From: a virus
Taxonomy: Duplodnaviria > Caudoviricetes
Reading direction: 5' to 3' (one strand)
Length of the DNA stretch: 63,000 nucleotides
IMG/VR virus record: IMGVR_UViG_3300042938_000809
Coordinates: 1-63,000 of that record
Below are positions 9,151 through 17,382 of the stretch, piece after piece. The stretch's first letter is position 1, and every line of letters begins with the position of its first letter. Position numbers and translations under genes: made by a program. The notes under the pieces are model-generated. The model worked only from the letters and a program-made list of their open reading frames with translations, was not told the origin of the DNA and did not search any database.

Positions 9151-9375
9151 TTAATCTTTACTTGTTGTTGTACCCTCAAAGAATGAGTGGATTGCTTTAT
9201 CTTCTGCTTCTCTAATAGCCTTGTATTTCTCAACATTAGTTATTTTTTCTAATAACCATTCTTGTATATCTTCTCTACTGTCAGAGTGATATTCTTGGTT
9301 CATCCACTTTGATCGGTACATAGCTTGTATGGTACCATTACGTAATGTTCTTGTGTATTCAACTATATCTTCCAT
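9151..9375 (-). CDS. hypothetical protein
   Basis: ORF track. Confidence 0.6.
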   Translation of the reverse strand: MEDIVEYTRTLRNGTIQAMYRSKWMNQEYHSDSREDIQEWLLEKITNVEKYKAIREAEDKAIHSFFEGTTTSKD

Positions 9376-9769
9376 ATTATCGTCTCATAGCGTAACCCGC
9401 CGCTTTGCCCGCTTCACGGAGTTCATAATTAATTCTTAGTAATATTAACTTAATTGCATCGGAAAATCTAATCTTTCTTCTCATTATATACTGTTTATTT
9501 GATTAATAGTAAGCGAATTTCTCCACATTTGTATGTATTCTTCTTCTTCAGGGTATTCAACCAAAGAACCTTTGTTATTAGAGTTCATAAATTCTTCGCC
9601 AAACATATAGGCAAAGTACTCTTTTTCAGTCATTCCATAGTAATCTTGCATAGTAGAATTAGTTTTTGTTAGTTACATTTATATTATCAAATCACTCTCG
9701 TATTCGTTTTGTAAAGGTATATAGTTTGTTTACTCATTTTTTTAGTAGAACAGGTGCTACCCACTGTAT

Positions 9770-10042
9770 CTAGATGTTCAATTGGTAAGAACAGTAAGCC
9801 CAGATTGCTTGGTTTATACGGTCAAGTTCGCATTCACCACTGAGATATACGTTAACAGCGTTGTAGAACTTAGTTAATTTAGAGTCGGCGTAGCAAAATT
9901 CTCTTTTAAACTCGTCAAGTTCTTCGCCTTGCATGAAATTTAACCCGACGATCTCGTCTTTTACTTTTATAATATAGACATAGCGGTCATCTTGGTTGCA
10001 CCACACGATCTGTTTACTCTCGACTAATTCATATTCGCTCAT
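9770..10042 (-). CDS. hypothetical protein
   Basis: Downstream of the promoter at 10068-10100. Confidence 0.65.
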   Translation of the reverse strand: MSEYELVESKQIVWCNQDDRYVYIIKVKDEIVGLNFMQGEELDEFKREFCYADSKLTKFYNAVNVYLSGECELDRINQAIWAYCSYQLNI

Positions 10043-10234
10043 AGTAGTTGTTTTTAGTTACATCATTATTATCAAACTTCATTCGTATTGGTCTTGTAAG
10101 AGTGCCCATGGAGAATAGCGTATAGCATTTTCACCGAAAATAACATAAATACTTAGTTTTTAACTAAAAAGTAGGACGGGGTCTACTCTTCCGACATTAT
10201 TTCAGTGCCAGGCCGGTGGTGTATAGCAAAAAGA

Positions 10235-10278
10235 GTGACATTAGCTGCTTATAACTACTAATAGCAGGCTAACGTCGC
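10235..10278 (+). repeat. 44-bp inverted-repeat element, copy 2
   Basis: GTGACATTAGC-N22-GCTAACGTCGC. Confidence 0.85.
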
Positions 10279-10402
10279 ACTTTTCTAATCATTATTTTTT
10301 ATTCAACTGGTTTATTTCTGATGCTATCATCCATAAAGGCCATGCTATAATAATACTTGCAATTATTGTTATCATATTATTTATTTTTAAGTTGTTTTAT
10401 CA

Positions 10403-10615
10403 TTATTTCATATCCTCATCATATACAAACTTACCAGTTTCGATCCAGTTTAGCACTTCTTCTTTGTATGCGTTTTCTACATGCAATGTTACGTCTGGAT
10501 ACTGGCTGTCGGCTTGATGTATCGTGTATTGTTCACGGCTCCGATCAGAGTTGAACCCTTCAGAGTGTATAGCACCTGTTATCAGGTACCATACAAAGAT
10601 TATTTTTGTTATCAT
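10403..10615 (-). CDS. hypothetical protein with hydrophobic N-terminus
   Basis: ORF track. Confidence 0.55.
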   Translation of the reverse strand: MITKIIFVWYLITGAIHSEGFNSDRSREQYTIHQADSQYPDVTLHVENAYKEEVLNWIETGKFVYDEDMK

Positions 10616-10781
10616 ATACTATCTTTCTTGTTCTAGTATAAATCTGATTAAGTTGCTTAGTTTAAGTTGATCTGAATAGCTCAGGATCATGAATTCAGTT
10701 GTACGTGTGTACTTGTAGCCGTGCTTAGTTGCTAATTTGTAAGCTAGATTTTGTAATTGCATAGTTATTTATTTAAGTTAG

Positions 10782-10861
10782 TAGTCTGGACAGGATTCGA
10801 ACCTGTAAGGATTTCTCCACGCGAAATCATCACGCTTGTTTACCATTTCCAACACCAAACC
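10782..10861 (-). tRNA. class-II (Leu-type body) tRNA-like gene with apparent GAT anticodon
   Basis: Acceptor GGTTTGG/CCAGACT, discriminator A, D arm TTG-GAAATGGTAAA-CAA, anticodon loop ATGATTT, variable arm GGA-GAAA-TCC, T arm ACAGG-TTCGAAT-CCTGT; own promoter motif at 10879-10911. Confidence 0.7.
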
Positions 10862-10943
10862 TTTTGTTTTACATTATTATTATCAATTGTACTTCGTATT
10901 CGTTCTGTAAGTGTATAGCATTTTTGCTTGCGCTTAAAGCGGC

Positions 10944-11297
10944 CTATGTTAGGCTCGCTTCAGCATCTTGAAATTCTTTTGAATTTTCATCAATTTCGAT
11001 CTTTTCAATCTTAGCTAGATGTCTGACATTACTTGGCATATCAGTTGATTGCGACCAGTATTGTCTTTTAATCCAACATGGCATTATACTTAGTTTAGGC
11101 AACATTACTTTTAATACTTCATCATGATTGTAAGTTACTTTCTGATTTTTGTTGTTGATGAAAGTTATTACTTGATTTCGGCCAAGCCAATTCTTTCTGA
11201 CTACAAAGTTAGCTCGTTCTATTGGCGGATATATTAAAGCCAATTCTTCAGTTGATAATTTCGCAATTGCTTGTTGTAATAATTCTTGATTGTTCAT
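10944..11297 (-). CDS. hypothetical protein
   Basis: 117 aa, downstream of the promoter at 11351-11383. Confidence 0.7.
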   Translation of the reverse strand: MNNQELLQQAIAKLSTEELALIYPPIERANFVVRKNWLGRNQVITFINNKNQKVTYNHDEVLKVMLPKLSIMPCWIKRQYWSQSTDMPSNVRHLAKIEKIEIDENSKEFQDAEASLT

Positions 11298-11388
11298 AGT
11301 TATTTAATTTAAAGTTATATTATTATTAGTTGTTTGTTATTTACATTATTATTATCAAAGTCTATTCGTATTGTTATTGTAAGAACTT

Positions 11389-11568
11389 TTAGACTATTTT
11401 ATATTTTAATAAATTTCTATCTAAAACTTTGTCTACAAATTCTAGATCTTTTGAATTTATATATAAGATATTTTTTGAAGTTCTAATTGTAAATTTTAAT
11501 TTATTTGAATTAATTAATAATTGATAAATTGATTTTTTGAAATTTTGATTGAATTGAAGTTTGATCAT
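11389..11568 (-). CDS. hypothetical protein (59 aa)
   Basis: Manual translation MIKLQFNQNFKKSIYQLLINS...; downstream of the promoter at 11595-11627. Confidence 0.5.
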   Translation of the reverse strand: MIKLQFNQNFKKSIYQLLINSNKLKFTIRTSKNILYINSKDLEFVDKVLDRNLLKYKIV

Positions 11569-11735
11569 TTGTTGTTGTTTTTAGATTCATATTTATTATC
11601 AAATACTCTTCGTGTTCAGACTGTAAAGATTTTTGCTATACGCGTTGCTATACGCAGCCACGGCTCCGCCTGCCAATTCCATCTAGTGGAGGAAAAGGAT
11701 CCCTGTTACAGGACCCAGTAGCTGGCCAGTATTAT

Positions 11736-11909
11736 TTAGCTGGCATAGGTTTCGATTATAAACTGTAGCCAGTCGATCTGATTATTATTATCGTTCAGGA
11801 CCCCGTAGCAATCTGCTATCTGATCTTCCAGATCTTCAGATAATTTTAATCTGTTATCTGATTTTAATAAATTTAATAATTCTGTTAATTCTGATTTTTT
11901 AAAATCCAT
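11736..11909 (-). CDS. hypothetical protein (57 aa)
   Basis: Manual translation MDFKKSELTELLNLLKSD...IIETYAS; downstream of the promoter at 11936-11968. Confidence 0.55.
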   Translation of the reverse strand: MDFKKSELTELLNLLKSDNRLKLSEDLEDQIADCYGVLNDNNNQIDWLQFIIETYAS

Positions 11910-12041
11910 TTTATATATATTTTATATTCAGATATATTATCAGAATCACCCCGTGCTCAGACTGTAGGGAAATGCTATACGCAAATGCTATACATTTGCT
12001 ATACACCTTCGGTGCTTGCGCACCTCCGGTTTATCGTTACG

Positions 12042-12329
12042 TTAGTTCAGAGCAGGATCGAATTCATCTGAGTCAACCCATGCCCAGTACGTAGCTCCTT
12101 GCCGAGTCCTAGACCAGTCACACATACCGTTAATCTCAGCATTAGTGTCTATGCAATGTTGCACATGCTCCTGACCGAATTGCCATCTAGACTCCTCGAT
12201 CATGTCGAGTCTCGTTTGCGGATGTAAATCATTTATTCTTTTCATGCGATATATTCGTTTAATTGTTTCAATTGTTCGTTCGTTAGGCTCGATCTCCAGG
12301 CTTGCACGTATGCTTCGTCTTCTTGACAT
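12042..12329 (-). CDS. hypothetical protein
   Basis: First ORF of the early arm, downstream of the promoter at 12383-12415. Confidence 0.6.
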   Translation of the reverse strand: MSRRRSIRASLEIEPNERTIETIKRIYRMKRINDLHPQTRLDMIEESRWQFGQEHVQHCIDTNAEINGMCDWSRTRQGATYWAWVDSDEFDPALN

Positions 12330-12415
12330 AATAATTCTAATTCTTCTTCTGACATCTTGTAGTATTTATTTGTTACATATATATTATCAAAACCACTTCG
12401 TGTTGGTGTTGTAAG

Positions 12416-13090
12416 GAAATGCTATACGCGTTGCTATACACGCTTCGCGTCGCTCCGCTCCGTTATCGTTCGTATCGTGTGGGTTACCTCACAAGTAACA
12501 TACGCACTACGGAATGCCATATAACGCACATTCGTACGCAATAACACGTATCGTAAGCACATACACGGATCATAGTGTCACGTAACGCCCATTAGCTCAC
12601 ATATCATACACATCGCAACGTATCGGCACGTATCGTATAACATGGCAGCCATCACGTACGCACCAAATCATAACATGTACACGACACCAAATCATAACCA
12701 ACACACGACACGTGGCACACGGAAACGCAGCCATGCACGTACACACACACAGGACCCCAGGAAACCCGGAAGCGTAGGCCGTAATCCGTACGGAAAAGGC
12801 AAAACATTTTCCCAAATCCCGAAAAACGCACGGGGGGTGGGGTGAAAAAATCGATTTCCCGTTTGGGGTGCGCGGCGAAAAATGCTATACATAGCCCGTT
12901 GCTTATATTTACGTAACAAAATTTTTTTTTATTTTCCCGTAACGTAAGATATAGTACACGAAACGACGTTGTTTTGTTAATTATATCATACATTATAGTG
13001 ACATTAGCTAGTTATATATAATAGTAGTAGGCTAACGTCGCTATTTTAAATTGTTAATTTACTATGTGATTATAACCTTATAAACAAACT
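12416..13090. other. non-coding divergence region (candidate genome end, origin or packaging region)
   Basis: Transcription diverges here; low-complexity CGTA/CACG/ACAC tract, direct repeat CACCAAATCATAAC x2 near 12661-12698, G-run, higher GC than flanks. Confidence 0.55.
12998..13041 (+). repeat. 44-bp inverted-repeat element, copy 3
   Basis: GTGACATTAGC-N22-GCTAACGTCGC just upstream of the late block. Confidence 0.85.
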
Positions 13091-13092
13091 AT

Positions 13093-13338
13093 ATGGCACA
13101 GAAGTTATCGGCTACGGCTAAGAGAGATAAAGCTGCTAGGGATTTAGCTTTTGCTAAGACACCGGCTAGGCGAGCAAAGAAGGCAGACAGCCAAAGAAAG
13201 CATCGAGCTAACCCTAATGCTAAAGGTTTGGATTGGGATCATAAGGATCAAAGATTTGAATCACCTGCGAAGAATAGAGGGAACGATGGCCAAGGTACTA
13301 AATCAGAAGGCAAAGCTAACTATAAAATAACAAGATGA
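13093..13338 (+). CDS. small basic protein with HNH-like remnant
   Basis: GLDWDHKD...SPAKNRG. Confidence 0.55.
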   Translation: MAQKLSATAKRDKAARDLAFAKTPARRAKKADSQRKHRANPNAKGLDWDHKDQRFESPAKNRGNDGQGTKSEGKANYKITR

Positions 13339-13339
13339 T

Positions 13340-13648
13340 ATGAAAGCAGGTTGCAAATGCGCAGTGAAATCTCCAGCAAAGAAAACAGAAGCCTGGACCC
13401 GCAAAGAGGGTAAGGACCCAAAAGGAGGATTGAATGCTAAAGGAGTGGCAAGTTATAGAGCGGCTAATCCTGGTAGTAAATTACAAACCGCGGTTACTAA
13501 AAAACCATCGGAATTAAAAGCAGGTAGTAAAGATGCAAACCGTAGAAAATCATTCTGCGCTAGAATGTCTGGTATGCCTGGAGCAATGAAAAAGCCAAAT
13601 GGCGAACCAACTAGAAAAAAATTAGCACTAGACAAATGGAACTGTTAA
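13340..13648 (+). CDS. conserved basic phage protein (DUF6321-like, from memory)
   Basis: AWTRKEGK.PKGGLNAKG.ASYR...RRKSFCARM...WNC. Confidence 0.65.
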   Translation: MKAGCKCAVKSPAKKTEAWTRKEGKDPKGGLNAKGVASYRAANPGSKLQTAVTKKPSELKAGSKDANRRKSFCARMSGMPGAMKKPNGEPTRKKLALDKWNC

Positions 13649-13776
13649 AGAGAAAAGACGGTAGTACCTCAAAAAGAGGATTGTGGGATAATATTAGAGA
13701 AAACAAAGGTTCTGGCAAGAAACCCACTAAAGCCATGCTGAAACAAGAGAAGTTAATTAAAAGCAAAAAGAAATAA
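13636..13776 (+). CDS. small basic protein (46 aa)
   Basis: Manual translation MELLKRKDGSTSKRGLWDNIRENKGSGKKPTKAMLKQEKLIKSKKK fills the gap between ORFs. Confidence 0.55.
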   Translation: MELLKRKDGSTSKRGLWDNIRENKGSGKKPTKAMLKQEKLIKSKKK

Positions 13777-13777
13777 C

Positions 13778-14032
13778 ATGGCACGGATACAAACTTACAA
13801 TATAGATTCTCTTATAGAAGGTTCGGATAAACTTGTAGGCACTGATGGTACTATAGGCTTAGAATTAAATAAAACTAAGAATTTTACATTAGGCGGAATA
13901 AAAGCATACACGTTAGATGAGCCTATATTGACAGGCATATTTGAATACACTGATAACGCTGATGCTATCGCAAATGGGTTAGCAATCGGCGCAGTGTACA
14001 GGACAGCAGACTTGTTAAAAATAGTACATTAA
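13778..14032 (+). CDS. short virion protein sharing its N-terminal domain with tail fibre 19186..22440
   Basis: MARIQTYNID...DKLVGT...KTKNFT vs MARISTYIID...DKWIGT...TTKNFT. Confidence 0.6.
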   Translation: MARIQTYNIDSLIEGSDKLVGTDGTIGLELNKTKNFTLGGIKAYTLDEPILTGIFEYTDNADAIANGLAIGAVYRTADLLKIVH

Positions 14033-14067
14033 TATATTACAATAATTAAACAATTAAATTAAATAAA

Positions 14068-15660
14068 ATGGAATACAATAATCCGAGTGAGATTGTTAAA
14101 GATCTTACCTATGGCGAAGAAGCTAGAGGAAAAATAATGCTAGGCGTTGAGAAATTAACAAACGCAGTGAAGTCCACATTGGGAGCTTCTGGAAAATGCG
14201 TGATATACGAAGACGCGCTAGGTCGGCCGGTGATTACAAAAGACGGAGTTACAGTCGCAGAGTCTGTAGTCTTGATAGATCCTGTCGAAAATATAGGCGC
14301 TACCTTAATAAAAGAGGCCGCCGCTAATACAGTGAGAGACGCGGGAGACGGTACTACTACAGCTACCGTCTTAGCGCACTCATTATTAAAAGAAATAAAC
14401 AACTATAAAGGGTACGATACCGCAAGGGAAATTAAAGGGGGCATCGACAAAGCAACTGCTGCGGTAATGGCTTACTTAGATTCTACAAGCGTTCCTGTTA
14501 AAGGTAAAATGTTGCGAAGTGTTGCTAGTATAAGTTGTAACAATGATAAAGAATTAGGCGAAAAGATAGGCGATGCTTATGAGAGAGTAGGTGCTGACGG
14601 CGTTGTTATGATGGAAGAATCAGAAACAAATGAAACTTATGTAGAGTTTGTAGATGGCGTACAATTTGACTCTGGGTTAAAATCACAGTACTTAGTTACT
14701 GACCGGGATAAAATGACGGCCGTTTTAGATAAGCCATACGTGCTAATTGTTAGTTCACCATTGCCTAACATTAGAAAAATACAAAACGTCCTAGAACACA
14801 TCCAGAAGACGCGTAGGAGCCTATTAATAGTAGCTGAGGTTGATCAGCAGCCATACGCAACATTGCTAGCTAATAAAGTCAAGGGTAATATAAAAGTAAA
14901 CATCGTGGATCCTCCTGGGTTTGGAGCGACAAGATTAGATACATTAGAAGACTTAGCTTTTCTAACAGGAGCTACGTTAATTGACGAAGCAATGGGCGAC
15001 GATCTAGACTTAATAGATATTAATATATTAGGTGAGGCTGTTAAAGCTGTTACGGATAACAAAGTTACTGTTCTACAAATAGACGAAGCGGGTGAAGAAC
15101 TAGCTGTGCGTGTAGAAGATGTTAGAAAGAAGATAAAGAATGAAACAAATTCTTTCCTTAAGAAAAAATTAGAGCAAAGGTTAGCAATGCTTTCTGGTAA
15201 AGTAGGCATTATTAAAGTAGGAGCTGATTCTAAGGTTGAGCTTAAAGAAAAGAAAGATAGAGTAGAAGATGCAATATACGCAACTAAAGCGGCATTGAAA
15301 GAAGGAATTGTTGCCGGTGGAGGTGTTGCTTTATTAGATGCGGCATTAAATATAAAACCAGAAAAAGACACTACGTTTAGTGACGGAGAAACACTATTAT
15401 TAAACGCTATAAAAGCTCCATTTTTTACAATATTAGATAACGGAGGCGTTGCTAAACCAGACGCTGAAACATTGATGTATAAAGAAGTTGGGAAAGGGAT
15501 TGATGTTACATGCGAATGCCATGTTGACATGATTACCAGAGGCATAATAGATCCGGTTTTGGTAACAAAATCGGCGCTCAAAAATGCGGTGAGTGTTGTA
15601 ACTACTATAGTTTCAGCAGATTGTGTAATCAGTAATATGAGGATCAATGCAAGCAATTAG
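14068..15660 (+). CDS. groEL: phage chaperonin GroEL (Cpn60)
   Basis: ITKDGVTVA, AGDGTTTAT, KKDRVEDA, GIVAGGG, GIIDP motifs; no GGM tail. Confidence 0.97.
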   Translation: MEYNNPSEIVKDLTYGEEARGKIMLGVEKLTNAVKSTLGASGKCVIYEDALGRPVITKDGVTVAESVVLIDPVENIGATLIKEAAANTVRDAGDGTTTATVLAHSLLKEINNYKGYDTAREIKGGIDKATAAVMAYLDSTSVPVKGKMLRSVASISCNNDKELGEKIGDAYERVGADGVVMMEESETNETYVEFVDGVQFDSGLKSQYLVTDRDKMTAVLDKPYVLIVSSPLPNIRKIQNVLEHIQKTRRSLLIVAEVDQQPYATLLANKVKGNIKVNIVDPPGFGATRLDTLEDLAFLTGATLIDEAMGDDLDLIDINILGEAVKAVTDNKVTVLQIDEAGEELAVRVEDVRKKIKNETNSFLKKKLEQRLAMLSGKVGIIKVGADSKVELKEKKDRVEDAIYATKAALKEGIVAGGGVALLDAALNIKPEKDTTFSDGETLLLNAIKAPFFTILDNGGVAKPDAETLMYKEVGKGIDVTCECHVDMITRGIIDPVLVTKSALKNAVSVVTTIVSADCVISNMRINASN

Positions 15661-15907
15661 TCACTACTTAATAATAGATAATATAAAAGAAGCGCCAAAG
15701 ACAATTGGAGGCTTAGAAATAATGGATTCTCAAAATAACGAATTACGTTATTTAAAAGGAGAGATAGTTAGTATAGGCGATTTAGTTCCCGATGTACTCA
15801 AAGTTGGCGACTTAATAAGATATGACAAACATGCGGGTCATAGTATCCCAGTTGATGATAAATTATTGTATGTAATAAAAGTAGGGGATATAGTATGTAA
15901 GCTATGA
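15647..15907 (+). CDS. groES: co-chaperonin GroES (Cpn10)
   Basis: KTIGGL mobile loop, GEIVSIG, LKVGD; overlaps the groEL stop. Confidence 0.88.
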   Translation: MQAISHYLIIDNIKEAPKTIGGLEIMDSQNNELRYLKGEIVSIGDLVPDVLKVGDLIRYDKHAGHSIPVDDKLLYVIKVGDIVCKL

Positions 15908-16344
15908 AACTAAACGCCCAACTCTTAAAAGATATGAATTTATTTAAGTATTATAGGCTTGTCAGAAGATGGGCCTGTAAAACTTATGATTTAACGGATG
16001 CTGATTTAGAATTACTTATTTATTTAGATTGCAAATTACGATTTACACGTAATGATTTCATTAATGGTGTATATACCTACTCATGGGATAAAAACCGGTG
16101 GGAGCGCTTAAGAAAAGACGGGTGGATAGATGTATGGCGGGAACGCAATAGAACTACCATAAAATACAGTATATATAAAACGTCTTTTAAATGTCAACAA
16201 TTAATAAGTAGGATATATAGGATCCTGCTAGCAGAAGAGGATCTGCCAACATCCTATAGGAGCAAATTTTTTAACAACAAGTCATATACGGACAAAGTCT
16301 TTAATAAAGCTATTGACGATATGATAAAAGACAAAGACAGGTAA
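15904..16344 (+). CDS. winged-helix-like DNA-binding protein
   Basis: LTDADLELLIYL...RLRKDGWI, a MarR-like pattern. Confidence 0.5.
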   Translation: MKLNAQLLKDMNLFKYYRLVRRWACKTYDLTDADLELLIYLDCKLRFTRNDFINGVYTYSWDKNRWERLRKDGWIDVWRERNRTTIKYSIYKTSFKCQQLISRIYRILLAEEDLPTSYRSKFFNNKSYTDKVFNKAIDDMIKDKDR

Positions 16345-16355
16345 AACCAATAATT

Positions 16356-17033
16356 ATGGCAATTAAAAAGAAAGTTACAGAAAAAGCTACTGGAGAAAAG
16401 TATGCTTCAAAATCCGCAAAAGCAAAACACGAGAAAAAAGAGTCAAAAGCGGAAATGAAGAAAGAGTACGGGTACGTAAAGTCCCCTGCTAAGATGGGTA
16501 GTTCAGAGGCTATTAGTAAAGCAAGATCTACTCAAGTTAATGCTGACAAAAAAAGAAAAACCAACGAGGCAACAAAAAGTTATAACGACGCTAAAGCTAC
16601 GCTTCGCTCTACAGATAAAAAACTTGATCAACCAGGCGGTAGATACGGAACAGCTAGGCAAGCAGCTGCAAGACGTGTTTCATCAATGGAAGCATCAGAC
16701 CCAAAAACATATAAAAGTATTAAAGGGTTACCGGCTCCTGGCGCAAAAGCAACGACTAAGCCGGCTACTAAGCCAGCAGAAAAACCAAAAGCAAATAGTT
16801 ACGAAACTGCTAATAAAGGCGGAGCTATGGACAAACTTGTTAAAGCAAGAAATTCCGCAGCAAAAGGCAGCCGCGAATATGCTGCGGCTCAAAACCAAAT
16901 CAATGCAGCGATGGGATCAAAAGTTAGACATGCTGCTAAAAAAATTGAATCGGTTAGTGTGTTAAAACCTGTTGAAGTCAAAAAAGCTGAAATAACAGTT
17001 TCTACCCCGGCTAAGATGAAAAAAAAGTGTTAA
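16356..17033 (+). CDS. Lys/Ala-rich protein with (S/T)PAK motifs
   Basis: KSPAKM and STPAKM; low complexity, basic. Confidence 0.7.
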   Translation: MAIKKKVTEKATGEKYASKSAKAKHEKKESKAEMKKEYGYVKSPAKMGSSEAISKARSTQVNADKKRKTNEATKSYNDAKATLRSTDKKLDQPGGRYGTARQAAARRVSSMEASDPKTYKSIKGLPAPGAKATTKPATKPAEKPKANSYETANKGGAMDKLVKARNSAAKGSREYAAAQNQINAAMGSKVRHAAKKIESVSVLKPVEVKKAEITVSTPAKMKKKC

Positions 17034-17052
17034 TAAACAAAATATAAAAAAT

Positions 17053-17226
17053 ATGGCATCAGTACCAATTACAACAAGATTATTCAAAGGCGGTAAAAAA
17101 ACTGGCGGGAAAAAATTAAATCCAGGAGGATCACCTGTGGTTGCCCCTGACGGTAACCGTCCAATCAAAACTTATGCCGGAGATAAGTTATTTAAAAACG
17201 CTCCGAACTCCCCACTAAATAAATAA
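17053..17226 (+). CDS. small basic protein (57 aa)
   Basis: Manual translation MASVPITTRLFKGGKK...NAPNSPLNK. Confidence 0.6.
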   Translation: MASVPITTRLFKGGKKTGGKKLNPGGSPVVAPDGNRPIKTYAGDKLFKNAPNSPLNK

Positions 17227-17227
17227 C

Positions 17228-17380
17228 ATGAGTTACTTAATTCCTGTTACTAGTAAGTTGAAGAAAGGCAGTCCTAAAAGTTCAACAAAAAAACCAGTTA
17301 AATCACCGGCTAAGTTAGCTCCGCTTTTAGCGGCGGTTGCTCCTATGATTGCCGGGAAATTAATGGAAAAAGCAGAATAG
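17228..17380 (+). CDS. small basic protein with hydrophobic amphipathic C-terminus (50 aa)
   Basis: Manual translation MSYLIPVTSKLKKGSPKSSTKKPVKSPAKLAPLLAAVAPMIAGKLMEKAE. Confidence 0.6.
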   Translation: MSYLIPVTSKLKKGSPKSSTKKPVKSPAKLAPLLAAVAPMIAGKLMEKAE

Positions 17381-17382
17381 TT

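Larger units (their letters stand above)
3040..12415 (-). promoter_or_regulatory. 13 copies of a 33-bp phage promoter-like motif YTACA-N5-RAYACGAA-N7-TGATAAT
   Basis: Copies at 3040-3072, 4982-5014, 6051-6083, 7130-7162, 8268-8300, 8774-8806, 9683-9715, 10068-10100, 10879-10911, 11351-11383, 11595-11627, 11936-11968, 12383-12415; same strand, invariant spacing, each about 20-55 bp upstream of an ATG or RNA gene. Confidence 0.88.
908..12892. repeat. dispersed 10-bp motif RYGTATAGCA, about 20 copies
   Basis: Forward at 908, 2877, 3724, 5018, 6621, 7562, 8171, 8923, 10118, 10219, 10565, 10911; reverse at 11634, 11646, 11973, 11986, 11997, 12420, 12432, 12883. Confidence 0.85.

Noticed and set aside
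3040-12415. 33-bp repeats as a CRISPR array
   Set aside because: Spacing is irregular (hundreds of bp), the intervals contain genes, repeats are degenerate and no cas genes are present
12597-12993. Four overlapping ORFs in the divergence region
   Set aside because: Low-complexity translations with atypical composition and no leader; likely spurious
14068-15907. groEL/groES as host chromosomal contamination or a prophage boundary
   Set aside because: Divergent sequence, reversed order, overlapping phage genes on both sides, and no integrase or att site seen
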